From Candidatus Woesearchaeota archaeon (GTDB taxonomy: Archaea; Nanobdellota; Nanobdellia; Woesearchaeales; GW2011-AR9): a stretch of DNA of 64,000 bases. The stretch spans positions 1,406,260 through 1,470,259 of the forward strand of contig JBAYIU010000001.1 in NCBI GenBank assembly GCA_041665465.1. Reading direction: 5' to 3'. The translations under genes were made by a program, and so were the position numbers. Positions within the stretch are counted from its first letter, which is position 1; each line of letters opens with the position of its first letter. Below the pieces are notes generated by a model. It made no database searches and had not been told where the DNA came from. It worked only from the letters and a program-made list of their open reading frames with translations. Positions 1-14,000 of this stretch are shown here, piece after piece.

Positions 1-495
1 CATGGGTTAGATCGAGTGGAAGAATTGCATCGGATTGAAATGCTTTTTGTCGGAACCAAGGAACAAGTCATAGATTATTGGCAGAAGATTAGGGAAGCGG
101 TCATCAAATTATACGACCAAACTTTAGAAATGGAAATGCGTGTGGCTCGAGTGACTCCATGGTGGATGGCTCATGCCGGGATCAGAACAGATCAAGGAAC
201 AGCAGAAGTTGGAACTTTTGATTTTGATGTTTATCTTCCTTATCGTGGAAATCGTGAACAAGAATGGTTAGAAGTCGGCAACGTCAGTTCTAATGGAGAT
301 AAATATCCTCTTGCTTGGAACGTCAAAGACAAAGCTCAGCAGATTTTATGGAGCGGATGTGCAGGTAGTTCTTTCGAAAGAATGCTCGTTTCTTTCTTAG
401 CTCAGAAAGGTATCGATCCGAAAAACTGGCCTAAAGAAGTCAGAGAAAGATTCGAGCAGAAGATAAAGGGAGTTAAGCCACTTATTTTCTACTAA
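1..495 (+). CDS. C-terminal part of a class II aminoacyl-tRNA synthetase catalytic core (PheRS-alpha/SepRS-like, class IIc); 5' end lies outside the window
   Basis: In-frame open from nt 1 (the track start at 16 is a GTG). Motif-3-like 'SGCAGSSFERMLV' about 35 aa from the C-terminus. 'FDFDVYLPY...EWLEVGNV' resembles the PheRS-alpha region preceding motif 3. Confidence 0.4.
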   Translation, partial: HGLDRVEELHRIEMLFVGTKEQVIDYWQKIREAVIKLYDQTLEMEMRVARVTPWWMAHAGIRTDQGTAEVGTFDFDVYLPYRGNREQEWLEVGNVSSNGDKYPLAWNVKDKAQQILWSGCAGSSFERMLVSFLAQKGIDPKNWPKEVRERFEQKIKGVKPLIFY

Positions 496-631
496 ATTCT
501 TCTTTTTTAGTTATACCTACATTTTCACGAAAAAGCATAAATTTACGGATTTGTAGGTATAACTTTATCTCGTTTAAACCTTATTCTTCACAATAAAATT
601 TAAGAACTTGGATTAAATCTTTCCCTATAAC

Positions 632-1909
632 ATGCTAGATATCAAATTAATCCGGACCACTCCTGAAGTGGTAAGAAAAGACTTACAGAAGCGTAAAGAT
701 GAAGCTAAACTGGACGTCTTAGAACAAACTATCGCTTATGATAAAGAATGGCTCAAAGCTAAGAAAGAGATTGACGACTTAAGAGCTAAACGTAATACTC
801 TCAGTAAAGAGATTTCTGAAACCAAGAAGAAGAATGGTGATGTTTCTAATTTATTAAGAGAGGCAGCAGATATTCCTAAACATATCTCTTTGAAAGAGGA
901 AAGAATAACTTTCTTAGAAGCAGAAATCAAAAAGAATCTGTATAACTTGCCTAATATCTTACATGAGTCCGTTCCTTATGGAGAAGATGATACTCAGAAT
1001 ACTACTGTTAAGCTCTTCGGTAAGAAACCAGAATTTAAGTTTACTTTGAAGAGTCATGCTGACTTGATTGTAGAATTAGGGATGGCAGATTTAGAACGAG
1101 CAGCTAAAATTTCTGGAGCTAGATTCTGGATTCTTAAAGATGAAGGAGCATTGTTAGACTTAGCACTTCAACGATACGCAGTAGATTTCATGATGAAGAA
1201 AGGATATCACTTAATCCTTCCTCCTTACATGATTAAACGTGAACCGTACGAAGGAGTAACTTCTATGGGTGATTTTGCTGACGTCCTTTACAAGATTGAA
1301 GGAGAAGATGAATATCTGATTGCTACTTCTGAACATCCTCTTACTAGTATGTGGATGAACGAAGTGTTAGATGAAAAAGAGTTGCCCATAAAATTGATTG
1401 GCATTTCTCCCTGTTTTAGAAAAGAAGCTGGTGCTCATGGTAAAGATATGAAAGGAATCTTTCGAGGACATCAGTTCCATAAAATTGAACAGATTATTTT
1501 GTGTAAACCTGAAGATTCATGGAAATACCATGAGGAAATGATCCAAAATTCTATTGAATTGTTTGAATCTTTTGATCTGCACTTTAGACAGATTAACATC
1601 TGTACCGGGGATATCGGGATTGTAGCAGCTAAGAAGTATGATCTAGAAGCTTGGATGCCGGTCCAGAACGCTTTCCGAGAAGTAGTCTCTTGTTCAAATT
1701 GTACTGATTATCAATCTCGAAGACTAGACATCCGTTATCGAACACCTGAAGGAAATAAGTTAGTGCACACCTTAAACAGCACGGTAGTAGCTACTTCTCG
1801 AGCCATTGTGGCTTTAGTAGAAAATTTCCAAACCGAGAAAGGAACTATTAAGATTCCTAAAGTGCTTCAACCATACATGAACGGGTTGAAAGAGATTAAG
1901 AAAAGATAA
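632..1909 (+). CDS. serS: Seryl-tRNA synthetase
   Basis: N-terminal coiled-coil tRNA-binding arm. Class II core 'SGARFWILKDEGALLDLAL', 'FRGHQFHKIEQ', and C-terminal motif 3 'LNSTVVATSRAIVALVENFQ'. Confidence 0.93.
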   Translation: MLDIKLIRTTPEVVRKDLQKRKDEAKLDVLEQTIAYDKEWLKAKKEIDDLRAKRNTLSKEISETKKKNGDVSNLLREAADIPKHISLKEERITFLEAEIKKNLYNLPNILHESVPYGEDDTQNTTVKLFGKKPEFKFTLKSHADLIVELGMADLERAAKISGARFWILKDEGALLDLALQRYAVDFMMKKGYHLILPPYMIKREPYEGVTSMGDFADVLYKIEGEDEYLIATSEHPLTSMWMNEVLDEKELPIKLIGISPCFRKEAGAHGKDMKGIFRGHQFHKIEQIILCKPEDSWKYHEEMIQNSIELFESFDLHFRQINICTGDIGIVAAKKYDLEAWMPVQNAFREVVSCSNCTDYQSRRLDIRYRTPEGNKLVHTLNSTVVATSRAIVALVENFQTEKGTIKIPKVLQPYMNGLKEIKKR

Positions 1910-2081
1910 TTTGTTTTGGATTTTATTATTCTTTTTTAGTTCTAGTTTATTTTCTTTTAACTTTTCACTAGTTTCTCTCGTTAATCCTATTAGAACTTTG
2001 CTCTATAAAAGAGAAACGTTTAAAAAGGCCAGAACTTTCTTTTTGATTAAATAATCGGTAATTGAAAAGAGGCAGGTGTAG

Positions 2082-5000
2082 ATGAAGAAAAAGAAGAAGG
2101 TGGTTCGTAAAGTTCATTCTAAGGTACGTTCTAAAGTTGGTACTCAACCCTCTTCTCCTTTCTTAAGTGTTGGTTTACGTGGACTTGCTACTTTATTGGT
2201 AATTTTTGGGATACTTTTTTCATTACAACTTTACTCTTCAGAATCTTCCCTCCTTAAAGAAGGATGGACCTCTTTAAGTCAAGGATTTAATGGTATGGGG
2301 AACCTTCTTACCGGAGCAGCAGTTGGGGTAGAAGAGATGCAAGTCCAAGCGGGAGATTGTGCTGGAGCTTACACTGGCGGAAATTGGACTATTAATTCTT
2401 CTGTTAGTTGTAGTAATGATGTGATTAGTGTAGATGGTTTTGTGATAATTAGAAATGATTCTATCTCTCCTGAATTAGTGGTAAATAATTTCTCTTTAAC
2501 CACTACTGGGGTTTATGACTTAAGAGGTAATTCTACAAATATTGTTCTAGCTGTTCCAGATTTAGATTCATCTACTCCTTCTGCTTATACTAACGATTGG
2601 GATGCTAATTCTGGAAGAGAATTCCGTATTGCTATGAATGAATCCCAGAATAGAATAATGGTTTATGTTAACAATACTGACAACAGTAGTTTCCTTTATG
2701 AATTTGACTTAGATGATAACCCTAGCACCGGCGGGATTGTGGGTGCGGGGGATGATTTTGGGATAGGATATATTGGCGATTTTGGTGGGCCATTAATTGG
2801 ATGTTATAACTCTTCAGATCCGCAAAATAACCTAATTCTCTTATCTTGTGATAATAGTCCTCTTACCTGTGGAAATGTTGATGGCTACGATGGTACTTTC
2901 ATGGGCAACTTTACTGTTTATTGTAACAATTCCGGAAATGCATATGAAGTTGTGATTGATCTGACTAATGCTAGTGATGGGATATGGGAGACTAAACCTG
3001 TTTATGCTTTAGATCCGACAGATCAATCTTCTCCTTTTTATTACACTACTTTCCGGAATAACTCGGTTCTTGATTCGGGGATAAATGCTAGTGGTAATCT
3101 TGTCTTAAATAACGTTACTTTGAATCTTGAAAATAACTTTACTATCTCTGGAGGTAATCTTGATATCCAAAAATCAAATCTTACCTTTAGGCTTACTTCT
3201 AACGGAAGTGCTAATTTTATGATTAGTTCTGGAACTGCTTTTGCTAATATTAATCACAGTGCTTTTACTTCAAATAATTCTATCCTGAGATGGAAAGCGA
3301 GGATCACTGATGGAGATTACAATCTTACCAATAATGTTTTCTCATATGTGGGTTATGATAATGGAGATGGTATTGGTTATAATTACGAAGTTGGTTTTTA
3401 TTTTGCTTCTCCCTTGGGCGGATTAGTCTATAATAATACTTTCTCTAATTGCGGAACCATCGCGGAAGCTAGTTGTGTTTCTTTAGTTGATGGCGACGGG
3501 AATAGTAGAAATACTGGACTAAATTTCAGTTCCAACACCATTTTTAGTGAATCTGCGGGTCTTGGAACCTTTTATCTGTCTGATTATAGTAATACTTCTT
3601 ATACTAGTGGAGTTTTCATAGGGAATAATACTTTTTATGGTAGATTCTCAGTAGGTGGAAGAAACCACATTATCTCTGGGAACTATATAAATAAATCTCT
3701 CTGGTTATCTTCTGTTGAATATAATAATACTTTCATTAATAACGAAGTTAGAACGGAATTGGGGTTTGCTTCAATTAATGAGCAGAATACCTCTTATGGA
3801 TCTAGTATCATAATCTATTCCAATGGATATGGTAAGATGACCTGGAGCGGTAAAGATAACATTCAGATGGGTTTAGTCAGTGTAGATGAAACCTTTGGAT
3901 TAGGAAATTATTTCTATGTAGGGAACAATCTATTGGGTTTAAATGTTGGGAACGGTGCGGGAATAGATTTCTCTGTACTTAACACCACTGCTTCCTTAGA
4001 ATTTTATAGTTTGCTCTGGAATAATAGTGTCCAGTTATGTGTTAATAATAGTGGAACTTTATCTGGGTGTGTAGATTGTAATTCCGGGAATAATTGTACT
4101 TATAGTAATATTACTGGGATTATGTTAGCTAATGTTACTCATTTCAGTAATTATAGTACTAACGGAAGTATTAGTGTAGCAGAATCTCCTGCAGTGACTT
4201 ATCTAACTAACTTCACAGATACCTTTACCGGAACTACAATAAATGCATCAAGATATACTATTACTCAAAGTGGATTAAACGTTTCTCAGAGTGATAAGAT
4301 TATATTTAATGGTTCATATGAGGGTGCAACCTTTTTCACAAATTCATTTGTTGATACAAATCAATCATTTGTTATATCCATTAATGTAGCTAAATTTGAT
4401 CAGACAGAATATGTTGGTATTTTGGAGGACATTGGGCCTTTGGGTGGTGCTCCGGATGACAATGAAGTTGGAATTAGTATTGAAAATGACACCACTCGAA
4501 TTTTAATGTGTAAATTATTAAAAAATGATACTGGATACTTCATAGAAGCTAACGGTTTTACTCATCCCGCAGAAACAATGCAGGTAAACTATACTGAAGG
4601 CCAACTATTTAGCTTGAACTATTCTAATATTGATGGAAGGTATAGTTGTAATTATGCTGGTGAGATGGTTAGCAACACTAATAGTTCTGCTGCAGGGGCA
4701 GATTTTATTACTTTCGATGCTGAAGCAATTTCTCAAATGAATTTACAATTAGATGATTTAAACTTTTATTATGGGACATTAGTGGAAGAAGCTCCTGGAT
4801 CTTCTTATTGTGGTGGTGCTTACACTGGCGGAAATTGGAATATTAACTCTTCCATCAGTTGCAGTAATGAAGCGATTACTGTTAATGGGACTTTGACTGT
4901 TGCTGACAATTCTGTCTCTGCAAATGATGTGACTAACAATTTCACTTCTAATTCTGCTGCTAATTATAACCTTAGGGATAATTCTACAAATATTGTTCTA

Positions 5001-8000
5001 GCTGTTCCAGATTTAGATTCATCTACTCCTTCTGCTTATACTAACGATTGGGACAGTAATTCTAGTCATGAGTTCCGTATTGCGATGAATGAAACTCAGA
5101 ACCGATTAATCATTTTTACTAATAACACTAACAATCTTGATTTTGCTTATTCCCTTAATTTAGATGAGGGTCTTAGTGGAGGAGTCTTTGGTCCTGAATA
5201 TGGAGATGATTTCTTGGTGGGATACTCTGGTGGGCCTGCGATTGGATGTTATAACTCTAGTCTTTTAGACCTCAATGTCTTACCTTGTGATAGTAGTCCA
5301 GTTACTTGTGGAAATGTTTCTGGGTATGATAGTAATTACGATGGTAACTTTACTGTTTATTGTAACAATTCTGGGAATGCTTACGAGATAGTAATCGATC
5401 TAGCCAATACCGGAAACGGATTGTGGAAGAATAAACCCGTTTATGCTCTTGACTTAAACACCAGTGCTTTTTATTATACCACTTTCAGGAACAGTTCCAT
5501 TCTCCCGGTGGTTGCAGTGGGTAATTTAACCTTAAACAATGTTACTCTCAATCTGCAGAATAATCTTACTCTAAGTGGTGGTTATCTTAACATCTATGAT
5601 TCTAATGTGACGATGATGTTGACTGCTAATAATAGTGCAAATATGGATATAAGATCTTCTAATGTGAACTTAAGTGGGACGACTTTCTCTGCTAACAATA
5701 CTAATTTTAAATATATAATAGCAATACAGAACGGAAGTTACGCCAATAATGATTTTTCAGATTTGGCATTGTGGGTTTATCCTGGAACCGGCGGGGTATT
5801 CTCAAATAATGTGGTTTCCAATTGTGGTGGGACTCCAGCGTGTATCATGGCAGCCATAGGTTATAGCAACGGATTTAATTTTACGGGAAATAACATTACT
5901 GCCACTAGTGGTACTGCTTGGGCCACTATGGTTGCGGGAAACAATTACACTTTCAGTAATAATAATATTTATGGTAGCGCTTCACTCTTTTATGGGAATG
6001 TTAGCGTAAGTAATAATTTATTTAATCGTAGTTTATCATCAACAAAGGAGTATGGAATTGATATGATTATCTTTACCAATAATATTATCTTCCCCGGTAT
6101 TAATAGCCAATTGATGGGAGATTGGAACGATACCCTTCCTGACACCTTTATCTATTCAAATAACTATGGCAAGATCACTTGGAACCTTTCTAATTATACT
6201 ACTCCTGAACCTAATCCCAGTTCTTTTGGTTTGGGATATAATTTATACTTAAATAATAACATCGTTGGGGTAAATGCACAATTATCGCTTATTAACTTTA
6301 ATACCACTGCTTCAATTGAGTTTTATGGATTGCCTTGGAATAACAGTGTACAATTATGTAACAACATTAGTGGAACTTTATCTGGGTGTGTAGATTGTAA
6401 TTCCGGGAATAATTGTACTTATAGTAATATTACTGGAATAATGCTAGCTAATGTCACTCATTTCAGCAATTATAGTACTAATGGAAGTACTGGTGTAGCA
6501 GAAGTCGGAGTTAGTTATTGTAGCGGTGCTTACACTGGTGGAAATTGGAATGTTAGTTCTTCTATCAATTGTAGTAATGAGGTTATTCCCGTGAACGGAA
6601 TTATTACTGTTCAAGATCTTTCTGAAACTGCTGTGACCCAATTTGGGGCTTCTACTGGTGGAATTTATGATTTAAGAAATAACTCTACTGGTGTTTTTGA
6701 TACGGATTTAAGTTCTTCTACTCCTTCAGCTTATACTACTGATTGGGATTCTGATTCTAATCGAGTATTTAAGATTGCTATGAATGAATCTTCAGACACG
6801 ATTCAGGTATATGGAAGTTTACCTAACGTTACTGCTTTGTATAGTTTTGATTTAGATAATAATGCTGCTACTGGTACTTCTGTCGGTGGTTCTGGATCAT
6901 CAGGGATGGATCTTACTTTTGGATATCATGCTGATGCTGGTGGAGTGTTGATGGCTTGTTACAACTCTTCTGTGCCTGGTATGTACTTAACTTGGTTTGC
7001 CGCTAGTGGAAGCATTGTTTGTGGTCAAACCATGGATGTCGGGTATGATCGTAATTATACTATCACTTTTAATTCAACTGCCTCTGGAGGAGGGAACACT
7101 TTTGAGTTTATCATTAATTCTACGGGAAGTTGGACCGATAAGAGAGTGGAATTGATGGATGGGGGTAACGCCTATTATTATTATACTAAATTCAAAACAT
7201 CTGGAGCAGTGGCCGGAGGAAGGGGGAATTTAACTCTTAACAATGTTACCTTAACCTTATCTGGAAATCTTACTATTAATGGTATATTAAACGTTAATCG
7301 TTCTTTCTTATACTTTGGAAGTAATAATACTCTTTTCACTTCAAATATCGGAGCTAGCATATTAATCAATAATTCTAATGTTACTTCTAATGGTTCTATC
7401 CGTTATGGAATACGTTCCTTAGGGTCCGACTTTACTTTAGAGAACAGCTACTTGAATGATTTGGGAGCAGTTGTTTCCTCGATGACTTATCCCTTAAAGA
7501 TGGAAGGAACAGGAGGTATGATCAAAAATCTTTCTCTTGGAGCTAACCAAAAGATGTACGGGGTTCAGATTGCTGGATCAGGAATATCTGTCCTTAATAG
7601 TACCTTTTCTGGATCTGCTAACACCATTAATTTATTAGCGGGTAGTTATAATAATATTATCCGGGGGAATAATCTTTCTACTGGGATCAGTTATCTGAAT
7701 GGTGGAAGTTCTTATAACAATCTTATCGCTGAGAATACTATTGCCGGAGTGGGGAATATCTTGATTGGTCAAACTTCTCCAGCTCATTTACCTTATAACA
7801 ACACCTATCTGAATAATAATATTCAGCAGGTTATCACTACTTATGTTGTGAACTATACCAACTATTTCATCTACAATAATTCTTATGGGCAAATAAAATG
7901 GACCAAGAATAATTTCAGTTCTTCTTTTGGAGGAAATGCAGTATTGGTGTTGGACCAGACTGTGTTTGTTAGGTCGAACTTGTTAGGAGTAACCCCCAAT

Positions 8001-11000
8001 ATGTATATGGGGAACTTCAACACTACGGCGGAATTGACTTTTAGAAATCTTCTTTGGAACAATAGTGTACAGTTATGTGAGAATGTTAGTGGAACTTTAT
8101 CTGGATGTGTGGATTGTAACTCTAGTAATAGTTGTACTTATAGTAATATTACTGGGATTATGCTAGCTAATGTTACTCACTTCAGCAATTATAGTACTAA
8201 TGGAAGTATCAGTGTGGCAGGGGGTTTGATTAATAATATCTCTGTAGTGAAATATGCGGTTAATAGTACGGTTAATTGCGATTCAAATGTAACCAGTTAT
8301 GCCCTCTTTATTATTAACGTAACCAATAACAACGCTTACAACCTTACCAACATTATTGTTAATGACACTCCCTTATGTACAAATGGGTTATCCCTTCAAC
8401 AGTCTTTGCCGATATATACTAATTTCTCCTCTTGCAATTATGCTTCTTGGACCATTGCTAATCTTGGACCGGGTGAAACTTATAATATCACTCTAAATTT
8501 TAGTGTCAGCAGTTCTGGCAATTTAACTAACACTGTGCAGGTATGGAATGCAACCAGTCAGTTAGTGAACACTACCGGTAATATCACTGTTACTGGTAGT
8601 TGTGGTGGAGAAAGTCCGGGGTCAAATTTCCTTTCCAACTTTGTAGATACTTTTGATGGAGCGACTATTAATACCAGCGTATATAATGTAACCACTGTTG
8701 GAAACATCAGTATTTCTCAGAATAATAAATTGGTGATTAACGGTTCTAGTGGATATTCATTCGCTGCAACAAATAGCTACGTGAATGTAAGTAATAACTT
8801 TAGTGTTTCAGTAAAAGTAAGTAAGTTTGATAACACTACTTATGGCATTCTAGCAGGAGATCCTTATTCTAACTTTGGTGTGTTTATCAGTAGCTTTTCT
8901 GGCTCGTCTATCTCCTCTAACTTTGTTAGATGTAACATTGCTATGAATTCAAGTGGTTATTTCTTGAATGTTCCTAACCCTGGAAATACTGTTCCTGTAT
9001 CTTATGTTGAAAATGCTACTTTAACTCTGAATTATCATGCCAACAATTATACTTGTGATTGTACTTATGGTGGACAAACTATTTCCTGTGGTAATGAGAG
9101 TCTTCCTTCTACCGACTATTCTATCCTATTGTTCGGTGGCCTCATCTCTGTATCAAATTTACAATTTGATGATCTTAATTTGACGTATAATCCCGTGGCA
9201 GCAGCAGAAACTCCTGCAGGTCCAGGATTAACCATTTATAATAATGGTTTCTTTGAGAACTTTACTTCTTTGAATTCCACATTTTATAACAACACTCTCA
9301 TGATCTTTAGTAATCCTTCTATCATTAATGGGCAGTTGATGATGAATAAAACCACTTTTGAGGGTACTGGTCAAGATTACTTCTACACTACTGTAGATAA
9401 TGTTTCAACCAATAGTTCTTGGAACATTTCTGTTTGGATAAATTTAACTAACACTACTACTAATGCACAAGGAAGTTATTTGATAGAGGCAGGAATCTTG
9501 ATTTATAATAGAACTACCTACAGTAGTTCTTTAGCCTGTGAAGTAGGATATGGTAATGGTATTGGTTTAATATTAGCAAATTATAACAATACTCACAGTT
9601 CAGCACCAACGTATACCTCGGTCTCAAGGAGTTATGGTAACTTAACTTACAGTTACAACAACGCTACTGGAATTTTTAATTGTTCTTTAGATGATGGCAC
9701 TTCTGTTGCTGGATCAACTGGTTCTTTCGGTCCGGGTATGGGTATGGGTGTTGTTTCTCAATTGTCACAAATCGGGGCAGTTGCGCCCAACGGTTCTGTA
9801 ACTGCTTACTTTGATAATTTTAATTATACTTATGCGGTAGCAGCAACTCCTGCTGTGACTTACCTATCCAACTTCACGGATGATTTTGCCGGGACTACTC
9901 TCAATACCTCGAGATACACTCTAGATGTAGGGGGAACTTTGGGAATTGCTCAAAATGAGACCGTGATTGTCAATGGAACCGACACCGGTGCAGACAGTTT
10001 TGCGGGGACTTATACTAATTTGGGGGTTAACACTTCACGTTCATTCTATGTTTCTGTAGGGGTCCTAAACCTTACTAACACCAGCGCTATTACCAGTCCG
10101 AATGGTTACGCAGACGTTAGTCTTTCCTTGACTGATGTTGGTCTTGATTTTCTGAATTTTGCTGTCTGTAAGGTTAGGGTTAAACCGACAGGAATCTATT
10201 TGGAAGATGATAATGTTCAAAGTGTGCCCATATCTGCTACCAACGGTACTTTAGTGCTTTCTTTCAACGCTTCCAACCTGAATTATACCTGTGCTTTTGC
10301 TGGAGATAGTTTAACTAGTGCCAATCTCTCTGGTTTAGGTGGAAATAATAGTTTGGATCTTGTTGCCGAAGCACTTAATACTTCTGTCTGGGCAGAGATA
10401 GATAATCTAGAATTTGCTTATGGGGTTTATTCTGCTCCCGTAGAAACTCCTGCTGTGACTTACCTTTCTAACTTCACTGATAGTTTTACTGGAGTTACTA
10501 TCAACACTAGCAGATATATCTTAGATGAAGGCGGAAACTTATCTATGGCTCAGAATGGTACTTTGGTGGTCAATGGTACTGATAGTGGTTTTGATAGTTG
10601 GGAAGGAGTGTATACTAATTTAGGAGTTAACACTTCAGATTCTTTTTACATTTCAGTTGATGTTAATCTTACTAATACTAGTGCGATTACCAATGCGAGT
10701 GGTGCCACTCGTGCTTATATCTCACTCGCTGATGTGGCAACTGAACTGGATTTTGCGATGTGTGTAATTTACATAAGTCCAGCGGAGGTTGCTTTACAGG
10801 ATGGTGAGGGCGGTGGTCATGCTATGCCTCTATCTATAACCAATGGTACGCTGGTTATGGCTTTCAACGTTTCAAGTATGAATTATAGCTGTCAGTTTGC
10901 TGGACAAAATCTAACTCATGCTAATCTCTCTAGTCCAAGTGGTAATTATAGTTTGTTCTTAGAGTCTGATGCTTTGTATACCTCGACGTGGGCAGAGATG

Positions 11001-14000
11001 GATAACTTAGAGTTTGCCTATGGAGTTTATTCTGCTCCCGTAGCAGAAACTCCTGCTGTGACTTACCTATCCAACTTCAACGATACTTTTGATGGAGCGA
11101 CTATTAATACCAGTAGGTATACTGTTATTTCTGATGGGAATACTACCCTGTCTCAGAATAATAAAGTTATCATTAATGGTACTTCCGGTAGACCCATGAT
11201 GGGGATGAATAGCGCGGTAAACATCAGTAATAATTTCAGTGTTTCAGTCAAAGTAAGTAAATTTGACAATACCACTTATAGTATTATGGGAGCAGATCCT
11301 TATTCTTCTTTTGGGTTGTATATCGGTAACTTTTCTAATTCCAGTTATGATAAAGGCTTTGTTCGATGTAAACTTGCCATGAATTCTAGTGGTTATTTCT
11401 TGAATCATCCTAATTCCGGAAACACTGTTCCTGTCTCTTATGTAGAGAATGGAACTCTTACCTTGACATATTATGCTAATAATTATTCCAATAGTTGTAA
11501 TTATGATGGGAAAAATGTTTCTGGCATTAATGAGAGTTCTTCTTCTGGAGTATATTCTATCATTATGAATGCACAACCCCTTTCTTTAATCAACTTACAA
11601 TTTGATGACCTTAATTTGACGTATAATCCTGTAGCAGCAACTCCTGCTTCTGATAACTCTCCTAATGTTACTCTAGCCAATCCTGAAAATAATTATGTCA
11701 ACGATTCTGCGTCGAGAATTAATATCACTTTTGAATGTGATGCTACTGATGATTATCAACTAGTTAATGTCTCTTTATATTTAACTAATCCTGCTAATGC
11801 TTCTTTTGCTCTGAATCAAACCACCAATGTTGGTGGCACATCTAATTCAACTAGTTGGTTAGTAGAATTAGGTAATGGAAATTATACTTGGGGTTGTCTA
11901 GCATTCGATAATGCTTCTCAGTCCAGTTTCTCTACCCTCAATCACAGTATTCTAATAAACCATACTGTCTCGATATCTGATACCACTTATCCTACTGTAA
12001 CCCTAATCTCTCCTGCAAGCAGTTCTTACACAAACGCTAACAATAGTACCTTACCTTTTGTGTTCGGATACCAAGACAGTAATGATGCTACTGCTAACTG
12101 TACCTTATACCTGAACGGAGTAGCTAGAGGGAATAACGCTAGCACTAGAAACAACACTAACACTAATCTGTATTCTAGTACTACCTTCTCTGAAGGAAGT
12201 AATTCTTGGTACGTTAACTGTACTGATGCCGCTGGAAATACTAACGGAACTTCTACTTGGACTTTCATTGCTGATACTATTAATCCAACTGCTTCAATTA
12301 ATTCCATTAATACTCAGTATAGTGGTCAATGGACCAATACTCAAACTTTAAGTATTAATGCTACTGCTAGCGATGTTAACATTAATTATTGGAACCTTTC
12401 TGTATACAACAGTAATAGTTTAATTACTTCCAATCAGACTTCTGGAAGCAACCTTAATAATCTCGTTACTCTAAGTGTTTCTGCTGATGGAAATTATACT
12501 GTGAATTTAACCGTAACGGATCAAGTTAATAATTCCAACACTTCCACTTTCAATCTTCTAGTTGATACCTTTGCTCCTACTGTTAATTTGACTACTCCTC
12601 CTACAAATGTCTTAGTGTCCTTGGCATCAATAACTTCCACTTTCAATTTCACTGATGCTAGTTCTTCTAGCGCTAATTGCACTTTGTATGTGGGGGGGAT
12701 AGTTAAAGCAACTAACTCCTCTGTACTTAATTACACTAATACTGTGCTTACTGGTAGTTCTCTCTCTGAAGGGAACAATTCTTGGTATGTTAATTGTACT
12801 GATTTAGCAAGCAATACTGGAATCTCTGAAGTAAGAGTTATTCGAGTAGACACTACCACTCCCAGTGTCAGTGGTGCTAGTGTAAACGTAAGTCGAGCTA
12901 AATCTTCTACTTTGGTTGGAATCAATGTTACTGTAACCGATACCAATTTAGCCTGGGTTAAGGCTAATGGGATAAACATGAGTGCCAGTGGAAGCGACAT
13001 GTACAATCTTAGTGCAACTGCCTCTACTTTAGGATGTAGCGAAGGTACTTGTACTATTACTATAATTGCCAATGATTCTGCTAGAAATGCTAATAGTAGC
13101 GTTACTACCAGTTATGTGGTAGATGATACTGCTCCTGCACTGTTCTCTAACTCCACTTCTATCGCTACTGGATCAGTATACAATGCTTCATCTACTTATT
13201 ACTTCAATGTTACTTGGAATGAAACCGGAACCATTTCTAGTCCCTTATTAGAATTTAACAGTGCAAATTATACTATGACTACGGTTGGAAGCGGTGTTTA
13301 TTATTATACTTTTACCGATTTAGCAACTAGTACTTATTCTTACAAATTCATTGCTATAGATGATTCTGGGAATAGTAATGAGACTGCTAGTTATACTTAC
13401 GTTGTAGCTCAGGCAACTCCCTCTATCACCGCTTTACTTAATGGTACAGCTGCTAACCTAAGTGTCGCTTATCCCAATACCGTTAATGCTTCGGGAAGTA
13501 CCGACGCTGGAACCTTAGCTATTTATCGTAACGGGACATCTGTAACTAATGGGGCTGCATCTCTTTTAACTGTTGGATCTTATAGATATGATTTTAACGT
13601 TACTGGAAATCAGAATTATACTAACGCTTCTGCTACCTTGTATGCTACTGTGACTAAAGGTACTCCTGTCCTAACTTATTACTTAAATGGAAATACCACA
13701 AACTTAAGTGTTGTTTATCCTAATACCGTTAATGCTACTGCATCAACTACTGCAGGAACCTTAACCATTTACAGAAATGAAACTAATGTTACTAGTGAGA
13801 ATGGTGCAGCAACTTCTTTAGCTGTTGGATATTATCAATATGATTTCAATATAAGTGGTGGAGAGAATTATACTGATACTTCTACTACTTTGTATGCTAA
13901 TGTAACAATTGGAACTCCAACCTTGTCCCTGTACTTAAACGGAGCAGAAAACAATATGTCTGTAAACTACGGAACTAAAGTAAATGTTACTGGAACAGGT

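Noticed and set aside
736-930. 64-aa minus-strand ORF inside serS
   Set aside because: Antisense to a well-supported gene; no features.
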